Below, in pieces: positions 28,099 to 37,246 of a stretch of 62,259 nt of DNA (the stretch's first letter is position 1; each line of letters starts with the position of its first letter). The position numbers were made by a program, and so were the translations under genes. This DNA comes from a virus (Duplodnaviria; Caudoviricetes): IMG/VR virus record IMGVR_UViG_3300046003_005119, positions 1-62,259 of that record; one strand, 5' to 3'. The notes below the pieces were generated by a model that was not told the origin of the DNA, ran no database searches, and saw only the letters and a list, made by a program, of their open reading frames with translations.

Positions 28099-28509
28099 TT
28101 ATTTGACCTCGTTGTATTCGAATTCGACGGTCACGTTCAGTTGTTGAAACATTCCATCTTTACCAACTTCCCTGATTGCGACTTTTCTGAACCACACACC
28201 AAGGGGTGAAGACTTACCCTCGAAAGCATCAGTGACTACCTTAGCCAGTTGATAGGATTCTTGCAAGCCATTTCCAATTGGAGTGAAGATCTGAACGATC
28301 AAAACTCCAGTGCGAGCAAACTGTCGATATCCAAGTCCGCCGATAGTTCTTTGGGAACCTCCGGCATGACGAATCACAGAAGCTGCCCAAGCCGTGTTGT
28401 CATCTTCACGCTGTTCACGGACAGACTCGTAGAAGATCATGTGACCTGTAGCCGACCACGCTGTAGTCAGCATGGCCTGGATATCATCGACTGCTTCTTC
28501 GAAAGTCAT
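28099..28509 (-). CDS. Tail terminator
   Basis: G.L.VQIFTP.G.G; upstream of the tube gene. Confidence 0.7.
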   Translation of the reverse strand: MTFEEAVDDIQAMLTTAWSATGHMIFYESVREQREDDNTAWAASVIRHAGGSQRTIGGLGYRQFARTGVLIVQIFTPIGNGLQESYQLAKVVTDAFEGKSSPLGVWFRKVAIREVGKDGMFQQLNVTVEFEYNEVK

Positions 28510-28895
28510 CGACGGACTCCAACAAATGCGAGAACGTTGACGTCAGCGGGGCAGAGAACTTGCAGTCCAAGAATGTTCCAATCAGAGCCATCACGCAGGA
28601 TCGTGAACTGACGAAGATCTGTTTGTCCTTGGTGCAGAATGACAATCTGTTCGCTGAATTGCAGCAGATCAACGAATTCTGTTCCCTGACCCAAGGAGGT
28701 GATGCCAAACTGTCGAACAGTATTCGGAGGAACGAATACCCCATCAGTGACGAACGTCGTCTCGCCAACGACTGGACCCTTCCAAGGCTTGTTCACATCG
28801 GCCGGAGTCTCTGACTTTCGAACGAAAGTGATCGATCTTCCATTCGAAGTTATGAGCCTTGAAGCTGTCGCTGCGAGTTTGGTGTAATCGACCAT
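28506..28895 (-). CDS. Head closure/stopper protein
   Basis: Y..LAATA.RLI...GR; synteny. Confidence 0.65.
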   Translation of the reverse strand: MVDYTKLAATASRLITSNGRSITFVRKSETPADVNKPWKGPVVGETTFVTDGVFVPPNTVRQFGITSLGQGTEFVDLLQFSEQIVILHQGQTDLRQFTILRDGSDWNILGLQVLCPADVNVLAFVGVRR

Positions 28896-29740
28896 TATCT
28901 GGTGACTCCACCAGACCCGATGATCAACTCAGCGAGTAGTTTGTCAGCCTCGGGGAATCGCTTGAACACTTCCCTCACTTGGGTTGAATACACGGTCTCT
29001 TCTTCAATCGGACCGACTTTCTCAAACTTGCGTCTGATGTCCTGACCAGTATCGCTGACGACCGGATCAGGCATGAGACCAGCAGTGATCGCTCTCGAGG
29101 CGTATTCGACAGTCGCCTGACGAAGCTTCTCTGGAATGCCAGTGAGAGCAATTCCAGCTCTAGAGTAAACATAGTCTCTCGGCCACTCAAGCGGCTGCTC
29201 ACCCGAAGAAGGCAGCACGAGCTGAGCATAATCCCAGGAGAGACGAGTTGGACCATCGGTCGAAGTCAGAACCTCGGCCTGCTCTCCAGCAAGTTTATGA
29301 GTGACGATGACAGAGTCTGCGCCAGCAGCCTCAGCGTTCACATCAGGATGAGTTGCGACCGCCGCGAGGAAGTTCGTAATCGTTGCAGTGATGCTCGCCC
29401 CGATTAGAATGTCGTTCGTGACAGAGACCACGTTCTTGAACGTATAAGTCACGGAGCCGATAGTCAAAGTCTGGTTGTTCTGCGGCTGAGAGGCGAACTG
29501 CAAGAAGTTCTCAGCAAAGACATCGAGTTCAAGATACAACTTGATTCCCGAGAAACGAGAACCAAATCTCTTGTCGATATAATCGGTTGCAGCGACCAAA
29601 GCCGCTTCTCTCGCCTGAACTGTAGCCGCGTCCCATGACGTATTTCTCAGGCGACGATGCAGGTATGCGTGAGCATACGACAGACCAGCATACGAATTCG
29701 CGTAGAGAATTCCGGAACCGTCTTCAACGATCAGTGTCAT
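28895..29740 (-). CDS. Head-tail adaptor (DnaT-like family) with internal beta-rich insertion
   Basis: LIVEDGSG...ANSY...ALV.ATDYID; Q.LEWPR; KVGPIEEE. Confidence 0.75.
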   Translation of the reverse strand: MTLIVEDGSGILYANSYAGLSYAHAYLHRRLRNTSWDAATVQAREAALVAATDYIDKRFGSRFSGIKLYLELDVFAENFLQFASQPQNNQTLTIGSVTYTFKNVVSVTNDILIGASITATITNFLAAVATHPDVNAEAAGADSVIVTHKLAGEQAEVLTSTDGPTRLSWDYAQLVLPSSGEQPLEWPRDYVYSRAGIALTGIPEKLRQATVEYASRAITAGLMPDPVVSDTGQDIRRKFEKVGPIEEETVYSTQVREVFKRFPEADKLLAELIIGSGGVTR

Positions 29741-30132
29741 GTAAAGACCCCAGTTGCGATTGAGAACGGCTTGCGGTGTCCATCAAGGAAATGGATTGTG
29801 ACTGTGCCAGCGACTGCCGACTGAGCGACCATTGTGATAGCCCGTTCGAAGAAACCGATTCTCCAAACTTGGTCGGCAACGAGGTTCGGTGTTCCGAGAG
29901 TTCGCCCGCTGTTGGACGAAACGATCAACTGCCCGAGCGAGACAGGAACACTGAAAGAAACTCCAATGTCACCAGACTCTGGCAGAACAAGTTCGTTCGG
30001 AGACGGATTGTTGATGGCGACAGTCCCCATATCGAACGGAGTCTCTGTCAAGGAAAGAAAGCGTCCCTTGCGAGACGCTTCCTTGCGGCGACCTTGCCGG
30101 ATCAGAGACTGTGCAGCTTTACGATCCAGCAT
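29737..30132 (-). CDS. Virion-module hypothetical protein
   Basis: Coupled ORF with GAGG RBS. Confidence 0.65.
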   Translation of the reverse strand: MLDRKAAQSLIRQGRRKEASRKGRFLSLTETPFDMGTVAINNPSPNELVLPESGDIGVSFSVPVSLGQLIVSSNSGRTLGTPNLVADQVWRIGFFERAITMVAQSAVAGTVTIHFLDGHRKPFSIATGVFT

Positions 30133-30138
30133 GACGAT

Positions 30139-30783
30139 TTACCTCGAAGGGTGAATGGGACGCTGAGTCCCCCGTTGGGTTTTCCGAGCCATCGCACGAT
30201 CGATCGCGGCGCGAGGATCCAGTTGTTTCAGATCGATGCCCTTCAGAACAGCATGGGTCAGAGCATGTTTCGCGGCGCGAGTCCGCTGCTGGCTTTCCAG
30301 ATATTCACGGATCGCCTTCTGGTTGTCGATGTCCGGAACTTCGCGCTGAATGCGAACTTTCGTATACATCATCGCCTGACGGACACGCAGCGCCATCTCT
30401 TCGGCGCGTTTGCGATGCTCGATCACAGCCTGCTCTTGGGCTTTCAGCACCTGCATGACATCGTCGAGTTGATCCGACGGAATCTTGGAAAGAGCCATCA
30501 GGAAGGCACTGACTTCCATAGGTTCTTCTGCTGCGATAGCTTCAACGCCGGATCGATCAACTTCCTTGATCTCTTCCATCGGATCAAGTTCAGGATCGAT
30601 CTCGTCCTCGACAATCGGATTTTCACGATTGAACTTCGGCGCCGCGTTGACGATTTCTTGGCGAGTGACAGGATGCCCGAGAAGTTCCTTCACTGCATCG
30701 ATCTTGGGAGCGCCATCGCCGGTCCACTGGTCGTCATCCAGAGTGTCGAGTTTGGAAAGTGCTTCTCGGATATCCATATTCAT
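30139..30783 (-). CDS. Virion-module hypothetical protein
   Basis: LD...DDQWT.DG.PK motif; GGAG RBS. Confidence 0.7.
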   Translation of the reverse strand: MNMDIREALSKLDTLDDDQWTGDGAPKIDAVKELLGHPVTRQEIVNAAPKFNRENPIVEDEIDPELDPMEEIKEVDRSGVEAIAAEEPMEVSAFLMALSKIPSDQLDDVMQVLKAQEQAVIEHRKRAEEMALRVRQAMMYTKVRIQREVPDIDNQKAIREYLESQQRTRAAKHALTHAVLKGIDLKQLDPRAAIDRAMARKTQRGTQRPIHPSR

Positions 30784-30791
30784 CTCCAGGA

Positions 30792-31310
30792 TTAGTCGTC
30801 GAGCATGACGACATAGACGAGTTGCAGGGTGCCGCTCGCCGTGAGGGTGACAGTTGCATCGTCAACGATGTTTGCGGCATCGATGAGAACGTTGAGGTTC
30901 AGTTCCAGCGAACCATCGGTATTGTCGAGGATCGACTGGGTTGCGTTGACAGCGCGAACCGTCGGAGAGACTTCTGCAGTCGCTGCACCAAGAGCACTGG
31001 ACGGGATGATGTTGACATCGGTTCCGTCCAAGGTGACGTCGGCGGTCGCCGTGGTTCCGACCGAGAAGTCGCCATCCCAAGTTGCGGCGAGATCGGCATC
31101 AGCACCGGAGCCAGCGAGACTCAGATACATGACAGCGCCCAAGAGGAGAATGTTCCCTTCGGGCAGATCACCGATAACGGTCGTCCCGAAACCGACAGCC
31201 GTCGAGGTCGCAGTGACGTCGACAGTTTCGCTGATGGTGAAGTTCTGCTTGATGATTTCCTGCCGAGCAGCAGCGCCGCGAGACATGGAACGAGGAAGAC
31301 CTTTTCCCAT
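30792..31310 (-). CDS. Probable capsid decoration/minor head protein
   Basis: Beta-rich; directly after the capsid gene; MGKGLPRS start. Confidence 0.65.
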   Translation of the reverse strand: MGKGLPRSMSRGAAARQEIIKQNFTISETVDVTATSTAVGFGTTVIGDLPEGNILLLGAVMYLSLAGSGADADLAATWDGDFSVGTTATADVTLDGTDVNIIPSSALGAATAEVSPTVRAVNATQSILDNTDGSLELNLNVLIDAANIVDDATVTLTASGTLQLVYVVMLDD

Positions 31311-31332
31311 AATGAACTCCTTCAGGGAAAGG

Positions 31333-31358
31333 GAGGAAGCGGGTTATTCCGCTTCCTC
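31333..31358 (-). terminator. Hairpin after the major capsid gene
   Basis: GAGGAAGCGG/CCGCTTCCTC 10-bp stem; weak U tract. Confidence 0.5.
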
Positions 31359-31373
31359 AGTTCACAGGGAGTC

Positions 31374-32420
31374 TTATGCTTCGCGAGTCACCAGACGGGC
31401 GAACTTGATCATCTTGCGCTCCGGATAGACACGGTTCCAGGAAGTCGCATCATCCAGATCGCTGTTCGCCGGACCACCGTCGGGAACACCAGCCATCACG
31501 AAGGCGTGACCAGCGGGGTGCATGGACCACATGACGCGCGAATACAGCACGTCCTGACCGCCGCCATTGCCGCCTCCGGGCTTGCGATCGACTTCGGTCG
31601 CCACCGGAGGAGAGCCGACGCCGAGCTGAGTCGCGCCGGAGCCGAACAACCAAGTGTCATAGACGGAGCCCGTCCGAGGCAGACCGTCATCAACGATGAC
31701 TTCACGGCCCAAGAAGGTGGGAATCTGGATCTCGCCGCGAGCGTCGGGGATGAAGTCGATCAGGTTGTTTTTCTGCATCCGGTTGTAAACGACCGAGTGG
31801 ACAGCGACAGCAACCAGATCTTCCTGCGAATCGCCCATCGTTTGGGCGGTATCCAGGAAGGCTTCAGCCGAGAAGTTCGTCACACCATCGACGAAGGAAG
31901 CGCCGGAGATGTTGTTCGCATAGTCGCCCGAATCGTTCGCAGCGTTGTCAGCGATGACGCCGTTCCAGGTCGCGATGAAAGCGGTCTGCAGACGACGAAC
32001 CCAATAGGCCGAGACGCGGGAAGCGATCGACTGCATCGGATCAACACCAGCGAGAATCGCAGCGAGGTCGGTGGACGACCACGAGTTGTTCCGGTTGAGG
32101 CGAACAGCGATTTCTTTCAGAGTGCCGGTTTTCAGCGGATTCGGCGGACGAACAACGCCGGAGGGCAGCGAGGCGTCAGCGTCGGCGAACGGAACCGAGG
32201 TATCGGACGAGACGCGATCAGCGTCGTTATCCAGATCGCGGAACGACGGAACTTGGAAGGTCAAGCCACCGCCGCCGAGCAGGGTGTCCAAAGATTCCGA
32301 GCGAGCGAGCAGACCCGACTGAACCAGTCGCGACTTCTCTTCGGTCAGTTGCTGCATATAGGGGGTGAAGATCTCGGGAACGATAACGTCGCTCACCCGA
32401 GTCGCGGGACCTGCGGCCAT
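31374..32420 (-). CDS. Major capsid protein
   Basis: T.VSDVIVPEIF..Y, DPM..IA..V..YW, VIVDDGLP, W.RVY.E.K.I. Confidence 0.9.
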   Translation of the reverse strand: MAAGPATRVSDVIVPEIFTPYMQQLTEEKSRLVQSGLLARSESLDTLLGGGGLTFQVPSFRDLDNDADRVSSDTSVPFADADASLPSGVVRPPNPLKTGTLKEIAVRLNRNNSWSSTDLAAILAGVDPMQSIASRVSAYWVRRLQTAFIATWNGVIADNAANDSGDYANNISGASFVDGVTNFSAEAFLDTAQTMGDSQEDLVAVAVHSVVYNRMQKNNLIDFIPDARGEIQIPTFLGREVIVDDGLPRTGSVYDTWLFGSGATQLGVGSPPVATEVDRKPGGGNGGGQDVLYSRVMWSMHPAGHAFVMAGVPDGGPANSDLDDATSWNRVYPERKMIKFARLVTREA

Positions 32421-32507
32421 GAGATTGTCCTTTCATTGGCGCTTGAGGAAGGTGAGCGAACCCATGTTCGGCTCCAATGTCTGAAGCCAATGGCTCCAAT
32501 GACAATG

Positions 32508-32536
32508 ACCTTACCCTAGCGCCGCAAGAAAGGCAA
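32508..32536 (-). promoter_or_regulatory. sigma70-like promoter for the capsid gene
   Basis: TTGCCT-N17-TAAGGT. Confidence 0.5.
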
Positions 32537-32551
32537 TAGCTGTTTGATATG

Positions 32552-32590
32552 AAAATAGCCCGAGACGCGGGAGGAGGTGCGTCTCGGGCT
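32552..32590 (-). terminator. Intrinsic terminator-like hairpin with CCUCCUCCC loop
   Basis: 12-bp stem 32557-32568/32579-32590 followed by AUUUUC on the minus strand. Confidence 0.7.
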
Positions 32591-32962
32591 TCTCTACCAT
32601 CTAACCTCCCTCACCGGACAGTGAGATCTACGGTCGACATACCAGTTGTCCGTCTGGCTCGGTAGGATGTGAGGGGATGGTCTGCTGCTGACGCCCCTCG
32701 CGCCTCGTTCTGTCACCTCAGACCTTGAACCAATACGATACGGGAATACGTATTGACTTACCTTCATGACGGAAACTGGGGTGAACAGCGCCAGTCACAA
32801 AGTCCCGGTAACTAACTGAATTCCGAACGGCCTCCGGCACTGGGGACGTATATACCGGAGGCCGTTAGACCAGTGGAGCGCGGCGAGGTAGGCTACCAAA
32901 CCATCAAGCCGCGCACCCTTGGCCTTGCTTACACAATGCCCCAAGCGGCACGTCTAAGCAAG
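32552..32962 (-). ncRNA. Putative structured ncRNA (~410 nt)
   Basis: No ORF of 60 aa or more; at least six stems and a possible pseudoknot (see findings). Confidence 0.6.
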
Positions 32963-32963
32963 C

Positions 32964-33794
32964 TCATTTTTTCACGGTCGGGCGGGTCGCACCAACTTTC
33001 GATCCAGCAGCTTTCGCCATAGCCTCGGCGACAGCCATGCCTTTCTCACGAACGACAGCGCCCTGAGCAGTCATGTTCCAGGAATTCGCAGCCCACGGGT
33101 TCGCCTCACCACCGAAGCCACCACCACCGCCTCCGGCACCGCCACCAGCGGAGGCGGGCCACCAGTGAGGACGCTGTTTCTGCATTTCCTTCATGAAGTC
33201 TTTCACGTCGAGACCAGCGGTCAGCCCGTTCACACCAGCCTTGACGATGAACTTGCCGCTCTCGTCGCGCTCGAGATAGCTTTGGGCAATCAGCTCGATA
33301 TCAGCGATCGCGGTCGGAACAACCTTCATCTCGGTCGCCACAGCACGAATTGCATCGCTCATGTCACGACGTTGAAGGCCATTCTTCAGATCGTCGCGCT
33401 CCTGCTTCACGGTCGTCAACTCAGCAGTTGTGTCACGAAGTTGGCGTTCCAACGGAGCCGTCTTCTGAACCAGACGATTCTCGACAATCTGCTGGATCTT
33501 GGTCTCATCGATCTTTCCAGCCGCAGCAGCTTCGAGTTCAGCGACACGATCAAGCGTGGTCAAGACTTCATCAGGCTTCTTGCCCAAAGAAAGCCACGGC
33601 TTCAACGCTTCTTTCGCAGCGGCGTGATCAGCGCGTTCCTTGCGAAGGGCTTCCTGCACGTTGGAGACATCGGACTGAGTTTTCAGCCCATTGATTCCGG
33701 TCAGAACAGCCTTGCCATCTTTCTCCGTGAACAGAGAACGAAAGTTTTCGGGAACTGCCGAGATAGTGTCGTAGGAGAGTTCGAGCGTGTCCAT
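32964..33794 (-). CDS. Capsid scaffolding protein
   Basis: Coiled coil, Gly-rich linker, NPW...SWN.T.QG; between portal and capsid genes. Confidence 0.8.
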   Translation of the reverse strand: MDTLELSYDTISAVPENFRSLFTEKDGKAVLTGINGLKTQSDVSNVQEALRKERADHAAAKEALKPWLSLGKKPDEVLTTLDRVAELEAAAAGKIDETKIQQIVENRLVQKTAPLERQLRDTTAELTTVKQERDDLKNGLQRRDMSDAIRAVATEMKVVPTAIADIELIAQSYLERDESGKFIVKAGVNGLTAGLDVKDFMKEMQKQRPHWWPASAGGGAGGGGGGFGGEANPWAANSWNMTAQGAVVREKGMAVAEAMAKAAGSKVGATRPTVKK

Positions 33795-33818
33795 GCACGT
33801 ATCCTTATATGAGCCAAG

Positions 33819-35330
33819 TCACTTGGCTGATTTTTGTTTCGGTTCCGAAGGCGGATCACCCGATATCGGATTGTCCGGGTCTTTGTTCGGTTGGTCTGGA
33901 GACAAATCGCCGGTCTTTGCCTTGGCGAAGACGAAGTCATCCTCGTCCTCCTTCTTGGCTTCAGCGATTTCTTCTTCGAACGAGCGAGTCGTCATGCGGC
34001 GCTTGCGAGCAAGATCGTGCATGGTTTTCGCGCTGATCGGGAAGCCGAGGTTGCGAGCAGTCGCCATTTCCACCATCGTCTGACCGGTGAGAGGCATCTC
34101 GCCAAATTCTTTGTTCGGTTTGACCTTGACTTCCTCTGGGTTCTCACCCATCCAGATAGCACAGGTCTTCAGGATGCTTTCGAGAGCGAGCGCACCAGTA
34201 TCAACAATCTGGTTCATGTCAGCGGTGCGAGCCGCGACACGGATCCTAAGGCTGTCACCGCTCTCACGTTCACGACTCGTCGTGTCCAGCGTTTGGGCTC
34301 CCATCGAGCCGGCACGGGCTTCAAGACGCTGAAGAGCTTCACGCTGCTCAGAAAGCCCAGTGGAGTTCACGCCGATATATTTCGCATCCGCGCCCATCGG
34401 GAGATCAACTCTCGCTCCGACACCAGTTCTCACCGTATCATCTTCAGCGAAGTTACCGCCGATTGTAACAAACGTGTCTTGACCCTGCATGAACAGATTC
34501 TGACGATAATCTGCTTCGGAGCGATAGATCGTCATGCAGAGGTTGCCGAGATCCAAAAGCGGCGGATCATCAACATCAGAAGTCACATCACACGAGTTGA
34601 TGATGACGAATGGAATATTCTGGAGAGTCTTGCCGCGCCAAGTCGGAGCCTTGAGTTTCGTGGTAGAATACTCGGTATCACCGAACACTCCCTGCACATA
34701 AAGACCACGAGATTCGTTTTCCAACTCGTCACCGATGATAAGAACACGATACTTCTCATCAGTCTCCCAGTTGAAGCCATCCGTCCGCTTGTTCTCAGTC
34801 TCGTCGAGGATGACGAAATTCAGAGTCTGAGGAATGACCTGATCAGAGCGGCCATCGTCCCAGTTGATGATTCTCTCTGCGACATACGTCGTCAGATACG
34901 GCAGATCTTCTCCAGGAGCAGGATTCGTCGGCAGATCAGCCATGAGACCGACTCGCCCAGTGATGAGCTGCTCAGTGTTGATCTTCCGGAGGAGAACTGG
35001 CAGCGGCTCACCCTTCGAACTCCGAATATTCTGCATCGATTTCGGTAGCTCGATGATCGGAGGCTGCGAGTGCATCATGCCGACTGCCATCTGCACAGCT
35101 TCACGCGTGAAGTTCGGAAATCTCGCTCGAACCTTCATGGCATTGTATGCCATCTGACCGACAGCAGTCTCAGACTTGCCGAATCCAGTCGCAATCTGAG
35201 AAGCAGTCGCTGGCAGATAAAGCGCGTTCTTCGACTTCACCTGACGCTCACCTCGATAAGCGTCACGCATGAGCGTCCAATCAGAATTGGTCGCCGAGAA
35301 CTGAGGATGTTTTGAGCTGAGAGTTACCAT
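33819..35330 (-). CDS. Portal protein (DUF4055-like)
   Basis: HPQ.....W..MRD...GE..VK....YLP, IPFV, PPLLDL; follows terminase. Confidence 0.85.
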   Translation of the reverse strand: MVTLSSKHPQFSATNSDWTLMRDAYRGERQVKSKNALYLPATASQIATGFGKSETAVGQMAYNAMKVRARFPNFTREAVQMAVGMMHSQPPIIELPKSMQNIRSSKGEPLPVLLRKINTEQLITGRVGLMADLPTNPAPGEDLPYLTTYVAERIINWDDGRSDQVIPQTLNFVILDETENKRTDGFNWETDEKYRVLIIGDELENESRGLYVQGVFGDTEYSTTKLKAPTWRGKTLQNIPFVIINSCDVTSDVDDPPLLDLGNLCMTIYRSEADYRQNLFMQGQDTFVTIGGNFAEDDTVRTGVGARVDLPMGADAKYIGVNSTGLSEQREALQRLEARAGSMGAQTLDTTSRERESGDSLRIRVAARTADMNQIVDTGALALESILKTCAIWMGENPEEVKVKPNKEFGEMPLTGQTMVEMATARNLGFPISAKTMHDLARKRRMTTRSFEEEIAEAKKEDEDDFVFAKAKTGDLSPDQPNKDPDNPISGDPPSEPKQKSAK

Positions 35331-35366
35331 GCCAGCAGAATTGCATATTCTGCTGGCTCTGACAAA

Positions 35367-36905
35367 TCAATAATGTCCAGAAGTTGAGCCAGTTCCGCCC
35401 ATATTCGAGATATGACGAACGAAATATCTCGTTTCGTCAGCGATGTGATCTTCGGCATCCGTGTTCACGTCGTCCTGATCTTTCTCATCTCTGGGCAAAA
35501 CTGGCACCGTTTCGATGAATGACAGACATTCGTCGAAGATGAACATTCCAGGCTGTTCACGAGGATACATGAGAAGGACATCCTCTTTAGTCGGATGTTT
35601 TCTCATCGTCGGATGAGCATTTTTCAGCCTCTGACGCATCTGGTTCCAGCCTGTCACACGCGATCCAGGACGTTTATCAGCCGGAGCCCACTGAATTCCA
35701 GGATACTTGTTTCCATCATCCAATCTGACTTTGACTTTCATGTCTGTCGCGATGCAGTTGCCGTTCTCAGCGGCGAAAATCTGCGAGTCAGCGACTCCGC
35801 CCTTCACTCGACACCAGTCTTCACCTGGAATTCTCCAGTTCCACGCCAGCTCTTTCTCGACAATTCCAGCCGCGATGTCAGTCGCGAGCATTCGGAGACC
35901 CTCGTTGGGCTTTCCTGTCGAGCCATACCATTCTTTCACACGGAAAGAGTCTCCCTTGATCGTCGAGCGCCATGATCCATCACGAAGCTGAACGTCTTCT
36001 CCATTCGAAATGGCCCACCAGCCCACAGAGAAAGGCTTCGATTCTCCCCAGTCGAAGGAGCGGATGATACGCCAATTCAACGGTATCTCAAAGTTTGAGA
36101 TTACATTAAATCGAGGTTCCCATACATCGTCGAACATACCGCCAGCGACGATGTCCCATGACCCTTCGAGCCATGCTTTCTTCTCCGCCGCGTTTCTCGC
36201 TGACGCTGCAATCTTCTGTTTGTATTCAGGATCGGCCTCGAGCAGAGCCGTGTTCTCGTCGATATGCGAGTGGATGCTCAGGCGAGGAGGCTCGGAGTTC
36301 CCTTCTTCATCTTTCAGATCGCGACGGACGATCATGTTCATGCTGTTGGGCTTGAACCTGTGTTTCACCCAGTTGTGACCGGGACCATATGGGTTCGTCG
36401 TCGCGCGAACCATACGAGGCATTCCCTTTGTCGACGAACGACAACACGAGAACATCCTCTTGTAGCCCTCATCATTCGCCCAGTTGCACAACTCTTCCCA
36501 ACCAATCCAGGGATATTCGTGACCGTGATAGTTCCAATAGTCGTCAGCTTTCATGAACTGGCGAAGCAGAAGCTGTTCTCCTCCAGGAAACGTCCAGACA
36601 TGCTCGGAGTTGTTGAATTTCGCTTCCGGCCAGATCTGAGGGATCCACTTTTTCGTTTTCGAGATAATATCCGTCAATTGTTTATACGTTTGACGGAATA
36701 GAATTCCCTTCCAGCCAGCCCCGTATCCCTTTCCGACGTGCATACAGAAGCTCATAATCAATGAGTCTGTCTTGCCGCCTCCGCGAGTTCCTTCGAACAA
36801 GACTTCGAAGATTGGGTGAGCTGCGAGGAAGGCCTCTTGGCTTCCTCGCATGGGTCGCCAAATCACGTTCTTGGGGAATTGCATACTCATTTCAGCACAT
36901 ACCAT
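35367..36905 (-). CDS. terL: Terminase large subunit
   Basis: GTRGGGKT, WEEL, TTNPYGPGH.WVK, RSFDWG, EDHIADE.RY. Start probably 36887 or 36881. Confidence 0.95.
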   Translation of the reverse strand: MVCAEMSMQFPKNVIWRPMRGSQEAFLAAHPIFEVLFEGTRGGGKTDSLIMSFCMHVGKGYGAGWKGILFRQTYKQLTDIISKTKKWIPQIWPEAKFNNSEHVWTFPGGEQLLLRQFMKADDYWNYHGHEYPWIGWEELCNWANDEGYKRMFSCCRSSTKGMPRMVRATTNPYGPGHNWVKHRFKPNSMNMIVRRDLKDEEGNSEPPRLSIHSHIDENTALLEADPEYKQKIAASARNAAEKKAWLEGSWDIVAGGMFDDVWEPRFNVISNFEIPLNWRIIRSFDWGESKPFSVGWWAISNGEDVQLRDGSWRSTIKGDSFRVKEWYGSTGKPNEGLRMLATDIAAGIVEKELAWNWRIPGEDWCRVKGGVADSQIFAAENGNCIATDMKVKVRLDDGNKYPGIQWAPADKRPGSRVTGWNQMRQRLKNAHPTMRKHPTKEDVLLMYPREQPGMFIFDECLSFIETVPVLPRDEKDQDDVNTDAEDHIADETRYFVRHISNMGGTGSTSGHY

Positions 36906-37246
36906 CCATCAAAGGTCGACAGCCCAAGACGAGAGGGATGAGGATCATGAACGATCGTTCCGGAAGAGCGACACCATACTACAGCATGACGTATTCCGCG
37001 TGGAGAGACTCCAGCACGAATTACGAAATCTGGCCAATGTGGTTTCGCTCTGGGATAATAGTCGAGGTTCTTCGAAGTTCTTTGTTCCAGAACGTCAAAG
37101 AACTCGTGATTCCAGCCACCACCTTCTGCGATCGGATGCGGAAGATCGATATCCTCTCCGAGCAGAGTGTAGACACACGCTCTCATGCAGTCCCCGTATT
37201 GACCTCTCTCGTGGTCAGACAATACTTGCTGATCGAATGTCTTCAT
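36887..37246 (-). CDS. Hypothetical protein with papain-like Cys-His-Asp pattern
   Basis: GDCMRAC...HAVVW...VHDPHP. Confidence 0.65.
   Translation of the reverse strand: MKTFDQQVLSDHERGQYGDCMRACVYTLLGEDIDLPHPIAEGGGWNHEFFDVLEQRTSKNLDYYPRAKPHWPDFVIRAGVSPRGIRHAVVWCRSSGTIVHDPHPSRLGLSTFDGWYVLK

Noticed and set aside
26482-32519. Long plus-strand ORFs (26482-28209, 29776-30795, 30759-32519; also 33834-35048, 50797-52131)
   Set aside because: Antisense shadows of strongly codon-biased minus-strand genes; no recognisable motifs.
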